DNA of 64,000 nt from Candidatus Parcubacteria bacterium (GCA_963718875.1 OY970378.1:872265-936264); one strand, 5' to 3'. Shown: positions 39,243 to 49,856, counted from the first letter of the stretch. Translations and numbers: made by a program. The notes: a model not told the origin generated them from the letters alone.

Positions 39243-39848
39243 CTACTTAATAGCTTCTAGTGTTTTTAGTTGCCCAACTAACTCTGTGTGAGCTTTTGTG
39301 GCTAAGTCGTTTGAAGCGGAGGCATGACAGGCAGAGTGAGCATCGTCGAGAATTATATGAAACCCGGGAAAGCGATATATATTGGTACTGTGGCCATGGT
39401 CGGCCTCGTGCTTATCGTCGTGAACTCCCTCATAACGCACTAGGTTTCCTAAGCCCCATTGGCACTGTGAAGTTTGGATGGCTTGGGTCGATAATCCAAC
39501 ATAGGTGTATGGTATCGCGCCCTCATCTTTGACGTCATGGACGGAACTTATTTTAAGTTTTTGCTTCTTTAGTTCGGGCCCTAACTTAAATCTAACTTTA
39601 TACGCTTTGACATAATAATATCCGTCAACTTCGCCCTCAAGCTTATCGGATGAGGCAATGCGATTTGAAGTAACTGGGGCGTTGGCTTGATGGGGTTTAT
39701 AGATGGAGTAAACAATGAATCCAACAATACCTGTAAGAGCTGCGATTAAAATAACTTCAACAATAAATCCTAAACCATGCTGATTTCTAATAATCTTGAA
39801 CAGCATTATATCAGCGTGAGCCTTGACGGCTAAACATCCAGGTGGCAA
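39243..39848 (-). CDS. Membrane-anchored hypothetical protein
   Basis: Pilin-like N-terminus (NQHGLGFIVEVILIA). True start probably ~39805. Confidence 0.7.
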   Translation of the reverse strand: MPPGCLAVKAHADIMLFKIIRNQHGLGFIVEVILIAALTGIVGFIVYSIYKPHQANAPVTSNRIASSDKLEGEVDGYYYVKAYKVRFKLGPELKKQKLKISSVHDVKDEGAIPYTYVGLSTQAIQTSQCQWGLGNLVRYEGVHDDKHEADHGHSTNIYRFPGFHIILDDAHSACHASASNDLATKAHTELVGQLKTLEAIK

Positions 39849-40623
39849 GCGGTGCGCTAACGGCTATGATACCAATACACCAAATGAACGCCAACCAACC
39901 GGCATCACCCATGGGGGTACCGACGAGCCATGAGCGGATGGCGTTAATTACATGAGTTAGGGGTTGGTTTTCGGCGAAAGCTCTCAAGACCCCCGGCATA
40001 GTTTTAGTGGGAACAAAAGCACTGGAGATAAATGTTAAGGGGAAAATGATCACGAATCCTGTCCATTGGGCGGCTTCCACGCTTTTAACCAATAGTCCCA
40101 TGATGGCAGATAACCATGAAATGGCGAGCGTGAAAAGCAATGCTAAGCCGGTCACAAGTATCCATTCTTTGAGGCTGGCATTGGGCCTAAACCCAACAAT
40201 AAAGCCGACAATAATGATGATAATGCTTGAAAGTATGTTTCGGACCAAGTCGGCCGTTATATGCCCGATCAAGAGGGCGCTGGTAGTCATGGGTAGTGAA
40301 CGAAAACGATCTACGATACCGGTTTTTAGATCGACTGCCAGGTTGATAGTAGTGTAGTTGGCGCCAAAAGCTAGCATTTGTACCAATACGCCTGCAAATA
40401 AATAGTTGGCATAGCTTATGGAGCCAGTATTGATAGCGCCGCCAAAAACGTAGCGGTTAAGTATCATAAACATGATTGGAAACAAAGCGGCAGAAATAAG
40501 CTGGTCCATACTCCTAGTGATGTGAAGGATACTACGCCTAGTCATCTCCCAGGAGTCATTAAGGGCCCAAAATAGCTTGGAACGGTTTTCTGGTTGAACT
40601 GTAATGATTTTTGTTTCGTCCAT
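39811..40623 (-). CDS. ABC-2 permease (DrrB-like)
   Basis: GIVDRFRSLP, SSAFVP, AENQP. Six TMs. Confidence 0.93.
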   Translation of the reverse strand: MDETKIITVQPENRSKLFWALNDSWEMTRRSILHITRSMDQLISAALFPIMFMILNRYVFGGAINTGSISYANYLFAGVLVQMLAFGANYTTINLAVDLKTGIVDRFRSLPMTTSALLIGHITADLVRNILSSIIIIIVGFIVGFRPNASLKEWILVTGLALLFTLAISWLSAIMGLLVKSVEAAQWTGFVIIFPLTFISSAFVPTKTMPGVLRAFAENQPLTHVINAIRSWLVGTPMGDAGWLAFIWCIGIIAVSAPLATWMFSRQGSR

Positions 40624-41618
40624 TACTTTTTGCCTTTCACGGTTTTCGAAATGGATGGTTCGGGTTCTTTTGTGGCTGAGTGGCCGGTAAGTGACATGAA
40701 GACATCATCGAGGGTGGGACGATGAAGCGAAATGCTTTCGACCTCAATTTTGGCCGCTTCCAGGCTCTGTAAAACTTCTTTGAGCTTTTTAACGCCGCCT
40801 TCGCTGGCTATACTAATGACCCGTCGCTCGCTGTCTTGCTGCAAACCTTCGCCTTTAATAATACTGACGGCTTTTTCAAAGTTGCTGTCCGGACTAATGA
40901 TAATTTCTAGCCGATCGGAACCAACTTTGGCTTTGAGCTCGCTAGAGGTACCTTCGGCAATAACTTTGCCGTCGTCGATTACCACAATGTTATCGGCTAA
41001 GTGGTCGGCTTCGTCCATATATTGGGTAGTTAGGAGTATAGTAGTTCCGCTTTTAGCTAACTGTTTAATCGTATTCCACATACCGAGACGAGAGCGGGGG
41101 TCCAGGCCGGTGGTTGGTTCATCCAAAAAAATAACCGGTGGAGCTGCAATCAAGCTCATAGCTAGGTCAATTCGGCGTTTCATTCCCCCTGAGTATTGTT
41201 TAACCGGGCGCTTGGAGTCTTCTACCAAGTCTACTTGCTCTAGCAGCTCACGGGTGCGCCTCTTGGTGTCCTTGGTGCTAAGCCGGTAAAGCCGCCCTAT
41301 CATGAGCAGGTTTTCTTCGCCGGTTAAATACTCATCGACGGCAGCATATTGACCAGTTAAACCAATACTAGCCTTAACATCATTGGGCTGCTCGGAAACG
41401 CCATAGCCGTTAATACGAGCTATGCCGCTATCGGGCTGGAGCAAGGTGCTCAAAATCCGAATGGTGGTGGTTTTACCGGCGCCGTTTGGACCCAGCAAGG
41501 CCAAAATAGAACCGTGACCAACACTAAAATTAATGCCGTTTAAGACCTTGAGATCACCAAAAGACTTCTGTAAATCCCTTACGACAATAGCTGGCTCAGA
41601 GGTTAATGATTGCTTCAT
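40623..41618 (-). CDS. ABC ATP-binding protein (DrrA-like)
   Basis: GPNGAGKTT, YSGGMKRR, FLDEPTTGLDP, TTQYMDEA, PTLDDVF. Confidence 0.95.
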   Translation of the reverse strand: MKQSLTSEPAIVVRDLQKSFGDLKVLNGINFSVGHGSILALLGPNGAGKTTTIRILSTLLQPDSGIARINGYGVSEQPNDVKASIGLTGQYAAVDEYLTGEENLLMIGRLYRLSTKDTKRRTRELLEQVDLVEDSKRPVKQYSGGMKRRIDLAMSLIAAPPVIFLDEPTTGLDPRSRLGMWNTIKQLAKSGTTILLTTQYMDEADHLADNIVVIDDGKVIAEGTSSELKAKVGSDRLEIIISPDSNFEKAVSIIKGEGLQQDSERRVISIASEGGVKKLKEVLQSLEAAKIEVESISLHRPTLDDVFMSLTGHSATKEPEPSISKTVKGKK

Positions 41619-41674
41619 AAACCAATATTACCTGATTTACTACTATTTTGATAAAAATATTTTGGATTTAATTG

Positions 41675-41716
41675 AATAGCCATCCCTCTGCTCCGAAGGA
41701 CAGAGGGATGGCTATT
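41675..41716 (-). terminator. Intrinsic terminator hairpin
   Basis: AATAGCCATCCCTCTG...CAGAGGGATGGCTATT 16-bp perfect stem. Confidence 0.75.
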
Positions 41717-41731
41717 TGCGAGCAGAGGAGA

Positions 41732-42097
41732 TCATTCATTTTGCTCGATGTAGTCATGCTGCACGAGTCTGACGACGAACGTTTCCATATGCTGGGCGTC
41801 TCGCTTAGGGTGATCCCAGGAGTGAAAGCTCTTCCAGGTGACGATTTCCACAATGCTTTGACCTAAAAGGTTCACTTGACTAACTTCAGCCATTAGTCGA
41901 GTGGAGGGCTTGTCTACCTGAAACTTAGTTGCGAACAGGTTGATCTGCTGCCCCTGTACGGGCATCATGTTGCCGTAGGGGGAGGTGTCATATGTATACC
42001 TGAATACACGACGCACATTATGTGCCTTCGTTCGCGAGCGGAACCACCCACTAGCCGGGACTCTACGGGCAAGGATTACAACGACGACTGTCTTCAT
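41732..42097 (-). CDS. Hypothetical ORFan with its own promoter and terminator
   Basis: TTGACT-N17-TATTAT at 42135-42163, GAGG RBS, ATG 42097. Confidence 0.65.
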   Translation of the reverse strand: MKTVVVVILARRVPASGWFRSRTKAHNVRRVFRYTYDTSPYGNMMPVQGQQINLFATKFQVDKPSTRLMAEVSQVNLLGQSIVEIVTWKSFHSWDHPKRDAQHMETFVVRLVQHDYIEQNE

Positions 42098-42239
42098 GAC
42101 AACCTCTTCTCTCTCGGCGGCTGGGGTGTTGAATATAATAGAACTTATTTTCTTATAAGTCAATATTTGATTGCTGAATGCTAGTGCCTCTCGACCCATC
42201 ACGCTCGGGGATCGTGTAAAATAGTACCAAGGAGAGCCT

Positions 42240-42509
42240 ATGTGTAGAAATATTAAAACTTTATATAATTTCGACCCCCCTGCTACGAAGGCTGAGATTA
42301 GGGATGCCTCGATGCAGTTTGTTCGAAAGCTATCAGGGTTTCAAAAACCGTCTAAAACTAATGAGGCGGCATTTGAAAAAGGGGTACAAGAAGTAGCAGG
42401 GGCGGCAAAACGCTTGCTAGATTCGCTCACCACTGTAGCCGAACCTCGGAATCGTGAAATCGAAGCAGCCCGAGCCAAAGCACGGGCAGAGCAACGATTT
42501 AAAAATTAG
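42240..42509 (+). CDS. DUF2277 family protein
   Basis: MCRNIKTLYNFDPPAT, QFVRKLSG. Confidence 0.92.
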   Translation: MCRNIKTLYNFDPPATKAEIRDASMQFVRKLSGFQKPSKTNEAAFEKGVQEVAGAAKRLLDSLTTVAEPRNREIEAARAKARAEQRFKN

Positions 42510-42512
42510 CAA

Positions 42513-43046
42513 CTAGGCTTGCGGTGGGGTTTGCGGTGGTGAGATTTGGGCTGGTGGAGGCGTAGGCCCAGCTGTTGGAGGAGTGGGCGACGGCCCATTT
42601 ATAGCTGGAGCATTTGATGCTCCAGTGTAGTTAACTTTGTCGACTAAAAAGACGCCAACGATGGGCAAGAAGATTGCTGCCAACCAAAAGCCCGCACCTT
42701 TATCATATTTTTTTGTCATCGCGACTAGCAGGATGATAAATAGAACTAGCGAAGCAATCGAACCGAGCGAAACAACTGTTCTGATGGATTCTGGAGCAAC
42801 ACTTCCTCCGATCCCCAACACCCCGGCAAGCACACCCATCCAAACCGGCTTTTCGCCAATTTCGGCCATTACCATGCTGCTATATACCGGTACAATAGCA
42901 GCCCATCCTGGCTTACCGGCTTTTTTGAAAAGCTTCCACCAAATAATAATAACTGGAATTGCATATAGGAAGAGTAGTACTAATACTATTACAAGCATTA
43001 ACGTAAAGGCTGCTGCTGCGTCTACGTTTGTTGTTGCTTCTGTCAT
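42513..43046 (-). CDS. DUF5684 membrane protein
   Basis: WKLFKKAGKPGWAAIVPVY, Pro-rich tail. Confidence 0.85.
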   Translation of the reverse strand: MTEATTNVDAAAAFTLMLVIVLVLLFLYAIPVIIIWWKLFKKAGKPGWAAIVPVYSSMVMAEIGEKPVWMGVLAGVLGIGGSVAPESIRTVVSLGSIASLVLFIILLVAMTKKYDKGAGFWLAAIFLPIVGVFLVDKVNYTGASNAPAINGPSPTPPTAGPTPPPAQISPPQTPPQA

Positions 43047-43454
43047 GTTTATGTTAGGCAGGGGGCTAATGCCTTTGCCAAGTCCTTTCAGTTTATTTCA
43101 ATAAATATAGTTTAAGCATGACTAGTATAGGTGTCAATACATAATTAAAAGCCACCATTATGCCTATGATTTAACACAAGCCATTCAAGCTGTTATGCCT
43201 TATATAGACGCATTACGCTATGAGTAGATAATTATGCGCAAAAGTTTCGATTGACGCTTCGCCAGCATCAAAGTACGACTGTCTAGTGATTTAAGCCGAG
43301 GACGAAGCTGCTTTAATATGAATTAGGTTGTCAGGCTGATGCAAATATTGGCAGTAGCGAGGTCAGTAGAAACAATGTAATAATTATTATCAAAACGGCT
43401 TTTTTCATAAACAACTCCTTCGATAGGTTTATAATTATACAGGACTAAAGGGGT

Positions 43455-44897
43455 TTATGACTCGCTACTTTTGCATTGTAGCTTGAGGCGCTCAACAGGT
43501 GCATAGTTATCAGTTAGAGCTACCCCTCCGCTCAGATCATAAGTGGTAGCAGACTTGTCACCTAAAGCTGCGTTAGAATAGGCAAAAATAATATTTTGCC
43601 TATTCTTTAGTTGAGGGTCATATAGAGGATAAAGCTGGTAGTTCGTAAATGACTGCATGTATCCCGCATGAACGGCAAGAAGTAAAGGTCGGCAAGCTGC
43701 AGTGTCAGAGCCGATAATGTTTGACAATACTAGCCCGTCTGGTTTCAAACTAGCCTTTAACTTAGTGGCGTATTCGCGGGTAGCAACAGAAAATGGAATG
43801 GAAATGTCCGTGTAAACATCCACCAAGATAATGTCGTACTTGTGCTGATTGGTATTAAGATATGCCCGAGCATCTTCGGCGTAAACCGTTACATTGGGGA
43901 GGTCGGAATAGTTGAAATAGCGTTTGGCAATATTAACCAATTGAGAGTCAATTTCGGCCACGTCGATTTGGGAGGTGGGATATTTTTCACCGAGATAACG
44001 CGGCAAAGTAAATGCCCCTCCGCCAAGAATTAACATCCGTTGTTTTTGGGGCGCTTGCTCCACCAGGACGGCCATTTGTCGGGTATAGCCAAAAACGAGT
44101 TGACTCGAACCGTTTAAATACACACCAGATTGGGCCCCGTTGGGCCCTGACTCCAAAATGCGGGTAGGGTGGCCTTCATAAACAACATCGCGCACCTTGT
44201 AACGAGCTGACGGTGTATCAATGTCGGCTACTTCCCCAATGGCCGGAGTGGCAGGGAAGAACATCATCAGGCATAAAGACGCGACTATACCTGCGGCAAT
44301 GCGCTTTAATACTTGTTTGTAAGGCGCAAAAAGTAAGCTGGCGCAAGCCAGCAGTATAGTTGTAAATATTAAAGTTTCCTTCGATCCAAAAAACCCAAAA
44401 AAAATAAATCCGACTCCAAAAGTACCACTAATGCCACCCAAGGCATTGGCTGCACTGAGCAGGGCAACCGAAGTTCCCGTGGTTTCGAGAGAGCGTGTGC
44501 GTAGCCGGGCTAAATAGGGGCTAATCGCTCCTAACACAAAACTAGTTGGAAAAAACAATAGGGTTGCGACCACCAGCCCTTGTATTCGAGGGTCCTTGAT
44601 ACTAGTCCTTATAAGCTCCAGCACGGAGTCTGAAAGCACCAATGTCAAAATTACGCCAGCAGCCGCTAGCAGGAGAAGCCAGGCAATATCGGCCGGTTTA
44701 ACTCTTTTGTCTGCAAGCATCCCACCAACAGCGTAGCCAATGGAAAGAGCGGCTATGATTACACCGATGACGCTCGTCCAAACATATATGGAACTCCCTA
44801 TGCTGGGCGCAAGAATTCTGGCGGCGGCTAGCTCATAAGCAAGGAGTGAAAACCCAGTTATGAAGGCGACTGATTCAAATTTAGTCCATTTTTTCAT
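43455..44897 (-). CDS. Fused MFS-like membrane domain and spermidine synthase-like methyltransferase
   Basis: GSSIYVWTSVIGVII, LILGGGAFT, EDARAYL, LTDNYAP. Confidence 0.9.
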   Translation of the reverse strand: MKKWTKFESVAFITGFSLLAYELAAARILAPSIGSSIYVWTSVIGVIIAALSIGYAVGGMLADKRVKPADIAWLLLLAAAGVILTLVLSDSVLELIRTSIKDPRIQGLVVATLLFFPTSFVLGAISPYLARLRTRSLETTGTSVALLSAANALGGISGTFGVGFIFFGFFGSKETLIFTTILLACASLLFAPYKQVLKRIAAGIVASLCLMMFFPATPAIGEVADIDTPSARYKVRDVVYEGHPTRILESGPNGAQSGVYLNGSSQLVFGYTRQMAVLVEQAPQKQRMLILGGGAFTLPRYLGEKYPTSQIDVAEIDSQLVNIAKRYFNYSDLPNVTVYAEDARAYLNTNQHKYDIILVDVYTDISIPFSVATREYATKLKASLKPDGLVLSNIIGSDTAACRPLLLAVHAGYMQSFTNYQLYPLYDPQLKNRQNIIFAYSNAALGDKSATTYDLSGGVALTDNYAPVERLKLQCKSSES

Positions 44898-44916
44898 AAA
44901 ATATAAATTTTTAGTT

Positions 44917-46098
44917 TTATTTAGGGCTGACACGATATATCTTATCATCTCCACTTCTTACCGTTCCGCGGCCATCACGGTTTGAAGTTAGTAGATAAAT
45001 AAATCCATCAGGCCCCTGCTGAACATCCCGCACCCGGCCAATATCAATGTCGGAAATTTTTTGGTGCGAAAGTATTTTACCCGAGCTAGATTGGTCGAAC
45101 ACCACTCGGTAAACACCCTCCCCTTTTAACGCTGCGAACAGCAAGTTGTTTTTAAATTGAGACAAAACATTTGAGTTGTAAAACATGGCTCCAGCCGGAG
45201 CAACGGCTGGCGTAAAAATAAGCAGCGGCGTTACAAAGCGACTATCGGTTTTATCATGGCTTATAATTGGCCAGCCGTAGTTAGCACCTTTTTGGATTAT
45301 GTTTAACTCGTCTCCTCCAGGGGGGCCGTCGTTGCCAGAAGGCCCATGCTCAGTAGCAAATAACTGGTTGGTCCCGGGTTGCCAGGCTAAGCCTTGGGGG
45401 TTACGGTGCCCTAACGTCCAAAGCGGCGAGCCCGCAACGGGGTTGTCTTGCGGAATGCTACCGTCAGAATTAATGCGTAAGATTTTACCGCCCAATGAGC
45501 TAAAGTTTTGGGGATAAGCTTTGTTGGTAGCGTCGCCAGTGGTAATGTAGAGTTTTTGGTCGCTCGGGCCAAAGCTTAAGCGGCACCCGGCATGGTTAAC
45601 GGCTGCTGGAATAGCGTCGATCAAGGTGGTTGGCGGTCCGGCCAAGTTCCCTTTGTCCTCAAACTTTACCACCCGGTCGGTCATTGTGCCGTTACTCAAA
45701 GAGGCATAGCAAGCATACACTTGCTTGTTTTTGACATAATCTGGGTCGAGCGCAAGGCCCATTAGACCCTCTTCAGACTGGCTTGAAACAGTAAAAGTTG
45801 CTAGTGGCGCTGACACTAGCTTGCCCGATTGGACAATTCGAATGGAACCGGAACGCTCGCTGACCAGCCAACGGTCTTTGGCGGTAAAAACTATACTCCA
45901 AGGCACGTATAGTCCGTCTACCACAGAAGTAACAGCATAGGACACTGGGCTAGATTGGGTTGCTTGCTTTGGGTGGGGTGGGGCTATGTTGGCCTTGGGT
46001 AATGGCACATTTGGTAGTCTAAATAAAGCTATAGCGCCGCCGATCAGCAAAGTGAATAAACATATTGATATTAGTTTGCGCGGATTAATTTGAAACAT
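44917..46098 (-). CDS. PQQ-dependent sugar dehydrogenase (glucose/sorbosone type), membrane-anchored
   Basis: GLMGLALDP, YITTGD, GHRNPQGL, EHGP, NYGWP, GRVRDV. Confidence 0.93.
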   Translation of the reverse strand: MFQINPRKLISICLFTLLIGGAIALFRLPNVPLPKANIAPPHPKQATQSSPVSYAVTSVVDGLYVPWSIVFTAKDRWLVSERSGSIRIVQSGKLVSAPLATFTVSSQSEEGLMGLALDPDYVKNKQVYACYASLSNGTMTDRVVKFEDKGNLAGPPTTLIDAIPAAVNHAGCRLSFGPSDQKLYITTGDATNKAYPQNFSSLGGKILRINSDGSIPQDNPVAGSPLWTLGHRNPQGLAWQPGTNQLFATEHGPSGNDGPPGGDELNIIQKGANYGWPIISHDKTDSRFVTPLLIFTPAVAPAGAMFYNSNVLSQFKNNLLFAALKGEGVYRVVFDQSSSGKILSHQKISDIDIGRVRDVQQGPDGFIYLLTSNRDGRGTVRSGDDKIYRVSPK

Positions 46099-46125
46099 TT
46101 GTCTCTTTTCGGGAGTAAGCTTGAT

Positions 46126-46581
46126 TTATTGATCGCGGGCTTGTTTTAGCGCTTCGATATCGATCTTACCCATTTGCAACATTGCCTGCATAACCCTGCC
46201 GGATTTTTGTGGGTCGGGGTCGCCCATGAGTTCACCCAGGATGGTAGGGACAACTTGCCATGACAGACCAAATTTATCGGTTAGCCAGCCACACTGGCCT
46301 GGTTTGCCACCCTCACTTAGTTTATTCCAAAAGTAATCTACTTCCTCCTGGTTTTCGCAGGTTACAAATAGGGACGTACCTTGTTCGAATGTAAAGTGCG
46401 GGCCTCCATCCATGGCCATAAACTCTTGTCCATCAAGCGAAAAAGACGCATGTAAAAGTTGGTCTCCTCCCGGCATTACCATGATGCTATTAATTTTGGA
46501 GTTTTTGAATATTGATATGTAAAAATCTACAGCCTCTTTGCCGCGACTCTCGAACGTTAAAAAAGTGGTTACTTTTTGCAT
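46126..46581 (-). CDS. VOC family (3-demethylubiquinone-9 3-methyltransferase-like) protein
   Basis: QEEVDYFWNKL, CGWLTDKFGLSWQV. Confidence 0.92.
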   Translation of the reverse strand: MQKVTTFLTFESRGKEAVDFYISIFKNSKINSIMVMPGGDQLLHASFSLDGQEFMAMDGGPHFTFEQGTSLFVTCENQEEVDYFWNKLSEGGKPGQCGWLTDKFGLSWQVVPTILGELMGDPDPQKSGRVMQAMLQMGKIDIEALKQARDQ

Positions 46582-46662
46582 CTGGTTACTCCATTAGTAC
46601 TATAACTATATTCCATATATATAATAGTAACAAAGGCAACGCCGGGGTATAATACACGTATC

Positions 46663-46929
46663 TTGAATAATTATATTATATCCGGTTTCCGGAAAATCGT
46701 TGTTTTGACCGTGGGTATCCCAGTTGTTGTACTGGGTATTATTCTTATTCCTGTGCCCGGCCCCGGTCTGCTAGTAACCCTGCTGGGGCTACTGATACTT
46801 TCGCTTGAGTTTGAGTGGGCCAAAAATTACGTTATCAAAGTTAAAATGTTGCTCCGTAAAGTCACTGCTTCGGCGCGAAAAAAGCTTGAAGATGCCAAAA
46901 GCGACGGGAAACCGCAGGACAAGTTGTAA
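46663..46929 (+). CDS. PGPGW-domain membrane protein
   Basis: IPVPGPGLL...LSLEFEWA. Confidence 0.85.
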   Translation: MNNYIISGFRKIVVLTVGIPVVVLGIILIPVPGPGLLVTLLGLLILSLEFEWAKNYVIKVKMLLRKVTASARKKLEDAKSDGKPQDKL

Positions 46930-46955
46930 TTCATGCGCGGAAAAAACTATTTTTT

Positions 46956-47570
46956 TTAAAATTTCCAGCTTTGAACAAGGTCATCAAACGCTGAGATGTA
47001 GTCAGTAGCGTCTGGCTTTAGGGCGTAGTTAGCAAAGTAGCCTATATTATCTTTACAAAGTTTATAGGTGATAAATTTTTGATTTGGTGTTGATGATGAG
47101 GCACCGTCAACTTGCTCTATCCTAAAGCCGTTGGCGTTGTTCAGGGCAACTGATTCATAGCTGTAACTCTGGCTTTGGGTGCCTTGGGTTGGTAAATCGG
47201 CGACGCATTGGTTTGGCAAGGCGTAAAAGTTGATTGAGCCAGCAGCCAACAGATTTTTATCTGGAGCAACATTTAATAATGACTTGTTGCTGGTATCATT
47301 GACAGTATCATAGAACCAATCCTTAGGAACAGTTAGTTTGAAAGAATTGTCGGCGCTACTGACGACTTTTCCGCCTTCGTTGGTGACTTGTACTATGGTG
47401 GTTTTAGCCGTATTAGTGGGGCTTTTGACGGTTGCGACAGCTTTGGGGGGCGTTTCGGTGGCATGGTATCTTGAGTAACGAGATTGCCAAACGTAACCGC
47501 CCACAATAATTACGACCGCAACTACCACTATCAGAAACCGGTTAGATCTATGCTTGTTTTTCATTAGCAA
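46956..47570 (-). CDS. Membrane-anchored hypothetical protein (PsbP-like C-terminus)
   Basis: TM, FKLTVPKDW, FDDLVQSWKF. Confidence 0.75.
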   Translation of the reverse strand: MLMKNKHRSNRFLIVVVAVVIIVGGYVWQSRYSRYHATETPPKAVATVKSPTNTAKTTIVQVTNEGGKVVSSADNSFKLTVPKDWFYDTVNDTSNKSLLNVAPDKNLLAAGSINFYALPNQCVADLPTQGTQSQSYSYESVALNNANGFRIEQVDGASSSTPNQKFITYKLCKDNIGYFANYALKPDATDYISAFDDLVQSWKF

Positions 47571-47597
47571 TACTAGTGTATCAGACGATTGCGTTCG

Positions 47598-47936
47598 TTA
47601 GCGATTAAGTCTGGCTGCTATAGCATATTGCATAAAATAGCCTTCTATACTATTTAAGTCTTCAAGTGTGGCCTCTGGCTCATAAATAGCGGCCAAAAAT
47701 TGGTCTTTTGACCTTAGGACTTCTTTGACTTTGGGTGATTTTTGCTTTATAAGCTGATCAACTGTCGCATCAAAAAGGTCGAGCGCCCTGATTACTGCTG
47801 CCTGGCAATCTTGAGGGTTGTTTTGGCGTTTGGCGTTTATTGAACGACCAACCTCACTGCCGATATTCCCCATTTGCTCGTATATGCTCATCCTAGACCA
47901 ACGCTTTCTATCTACGGTGTACTCTGCCGTTTTCAT
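47598..47936 (-). CDS. Helical hypothetical protein coupled to the DUF5674 gene
   Basis: RW..MS..EQMGNIGSEVGR, RALDLFD. ATGA overlap with the upstream gene. Confidence 0.8.
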   Translation of the reverse strand: MKTAEYTVDRKRWSRMSIYEQMGNIGSEVGRSINAKRQNNPQDCQAAVIRALDLFDATVDQLIKQKSPKVKEVLRSKDQFLAAIYEPEATLEDLNSIEGYFMQYAIAARLNR

Positions 47937-48274
47937 GCTTTGACGACTTTCTGGACTATTGCAACGATTTGCTGCTTAATGTCGGCATCTTCAACGCTAC
48001 GCGACATGTTATGTTGCCGCGGACGAATGTTAATCATGGAATCAAACCCTATAAAGCCATCCGTGCCAAAATTTGCTGGGTATAAGTTTATCCCCCACAG
48101 ATTTTCTTGACTTGAACCATGCTCTAGCAAAAACTGCTCCTCGTCCACATGCATTTCAGCATCGAGAACTAACAGACCTTTTTGGATATCTACAACTCCT
48201 TTTACAAAGTTACCGTACATTTTTTCGGCCATCTGTGTTAATTCGCTGGCAGTAATTAAAGATACTTGTTTCAT
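47933..48274 (-). CDS. DUF5674 family protein
   Basis: VKGVVDI, EMHVDEE, LWGINLYP, DSMINIRP. Confidence 0.85.
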   Translation of the reverse strand: MKQVSLITASELTQMAEKMYGNFVKGVVDIQKGLLVLDAEMHVDEEQFLLEHGSSQENLWGINLYPANFGTDGFIGFDSMINIRPRQHNMSRSVEDADIKQQIVAIVQKVVKA

Positions 48275-48411
48275 GCGACCATTACCACCCCGTTAGAAAT
48301 TGCTTAGATCTACGCTTGTTTTTCATTGTAACAATAGTGTATCAGATTGCAGTCGTTAGCGATGGTTACCGACTCATAAGTAATTAACAGCCGTCATTAT
48401 TATGGAGGACT

Positions 48412-48869
48412 ATGAGGGTGATGTTAATACTCGCCAACTTAACCAAAAAAATAGAGCAGAACCGAAGCTACTCTGTCGCTACAGTCATTTTAATAGCAAC
48501 GATTTCAGCTTTGGCGTTTCATTGGTTGTTTGTCGGGTTAGTGATAAACGCAATTACAAATAGTAAAATAACCACTGCCAATCATTCTGCGAGTTTACTT
48601 ATTTCACTACTGATTGCAGCGGCTTTTCTGTATCTGTTCATGGTTATTGCAATTGCTTTCAGCGGTATATTTGCTTGGCTTGTTATGCGCATTTTTCATG
48701 TCCCTAAGGCCGGTAAAATCACTCTGTTTTCCAATTTGGTTTAGCTATGGTTTGGTACGCATTATTAAAATTTGGATTCTTTGAAGGTATAAATAGCTTG
48801 TTATTGTCAGTGGTAAGTTTTGCTTTCGTTTATGGCGTACTCGCATGTGTGTTCTCACACAAAAAGTAG
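48412..48869 (+). pseudogene. Membrane protein with an apparent frameshift near 48728
   Basis: Hydrophobic reading continues (FQFGLAMVWYALL...VFSHKK*) if one T is added to a T4 run. Confidence 0.55.
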
Positions 48870-48886
48870 CATTGAGCTCGTTATCT

Positions 48887-49819
48887 TTACTTAATTTCGA
48901 TTACCACCTTGCCTTTTATTGAGCCTGTTTCGCGAGCTTTAAAAGCTTCTCTTATTTGATCCAGAGGGAATGCCTTGTCTATATGGGGATTGACTATCCC
49001 CTTTTCCACCAGTTCCCGCAATTCGTTTAATACCTCGGTGGTAACCTTGGTACTCTGAGCCGTGGCTGTAACGCCAAATTCCGTCGCCTTAGCCTGATCG
49101 ACCTGCCCAGCCATCGAAATAACTTTCCCGCCGGTTTTTAAAACCTGGAAAGTTTTATCAAACTCTAGTCCGCCAACGTTGTCTAAAACAGCGTCGTAGT
49201 TATTCAAGACTCGAACAAAATCCTGAGATTTGTAGTCGATCACTTCATCGGCTCCGAGATTTTTGACCAAATCGATGTTTCCACCAGTTGCAGTCGTAGC
49301 CACATAAGCTCCAATATTTTTGGCTATTTGGATGGCAATAATGCCAATACCACCGGAACCGCCATGAATAAAAATTTTCTGCCCCCGTTGAAGATTGAGA
49401 GATTTAACAGCCTGTAACGCACTAACCCCCGCCAGCGGTAAAGACGCTGCTTGTTTGAAGTCTAGCCCCACCGGTGATTTTGCAACCTGACCTGCAGCGG
49501 TGGCGGCATATTCTGCAAGAGCGCCGCTACTACCCGCAACAACATTAGCTTGGCCATAGACGTTATCGCCAACACCGAAATCCGCTACACCATCCCCCAC
49601 CTCTATGATTATTCCGGCAATGTCGCCGCCTAGTGTTGCTGGGAAGTTCAGACGAATCGTGTTTTTCATATAGCCGGATCGTAGCGCGCTGTCGAAGGGA
49701 TTGAGGCTTGCTGCGTACACCTTAATCAATACTTGCCCGTTTGATACTGCCGGCTTGTCGACCTCGTTGATTTGAATTACCCATGAATCACCATAGTCAT
49801 TTATTTGCGCTGCTTTCAT
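48887..49819 (-). CDS. NADP-dependent oxidoreductase (MDR/quinone oxidoreductase family)
   Basis: AASLNPFD, HGGSGGIG, GADEVIDY, GKVVI. Confidence 0.93.
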   Translation of the reverse strand: MKAAQINDYGDSWVIQINEVDKPAVSNGQVLIKVYAASLNPFDSALRSGYMKNTIRLNFPATLGGDIAGIIIEVGDGVADFGVGDNVYGQANVVAGSSGALAEYAATAAGQVAKSPVGLDFKQAASLPLAGVSALQAVKSLNLQRGQKIFIHGGSGGIGIIAIQIAKNIGAYVATTATGGNIDLVKNLGADEVIDYKSQDFVRVLNNYDAVLDNVGGLEFDKTFQVLKTGGKVISMAGQVDQAKATEFGVTATAQSTKVTTEVLNELRELVEKGIVNPHIDKAFPLDQIREAFKARETGSIKGKVVIEIK

Positions 49820-49856
49820 TGTCCCCTTTTTTTGTAACCGTTGATAATTTGCGGGT

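Noticed and set aside
43140-43420. Signal-peptide-like start MKKAVLIIIITLFLL with RBS
   Set aside because: It stops after about 25 codons. Probably a gene remnant.
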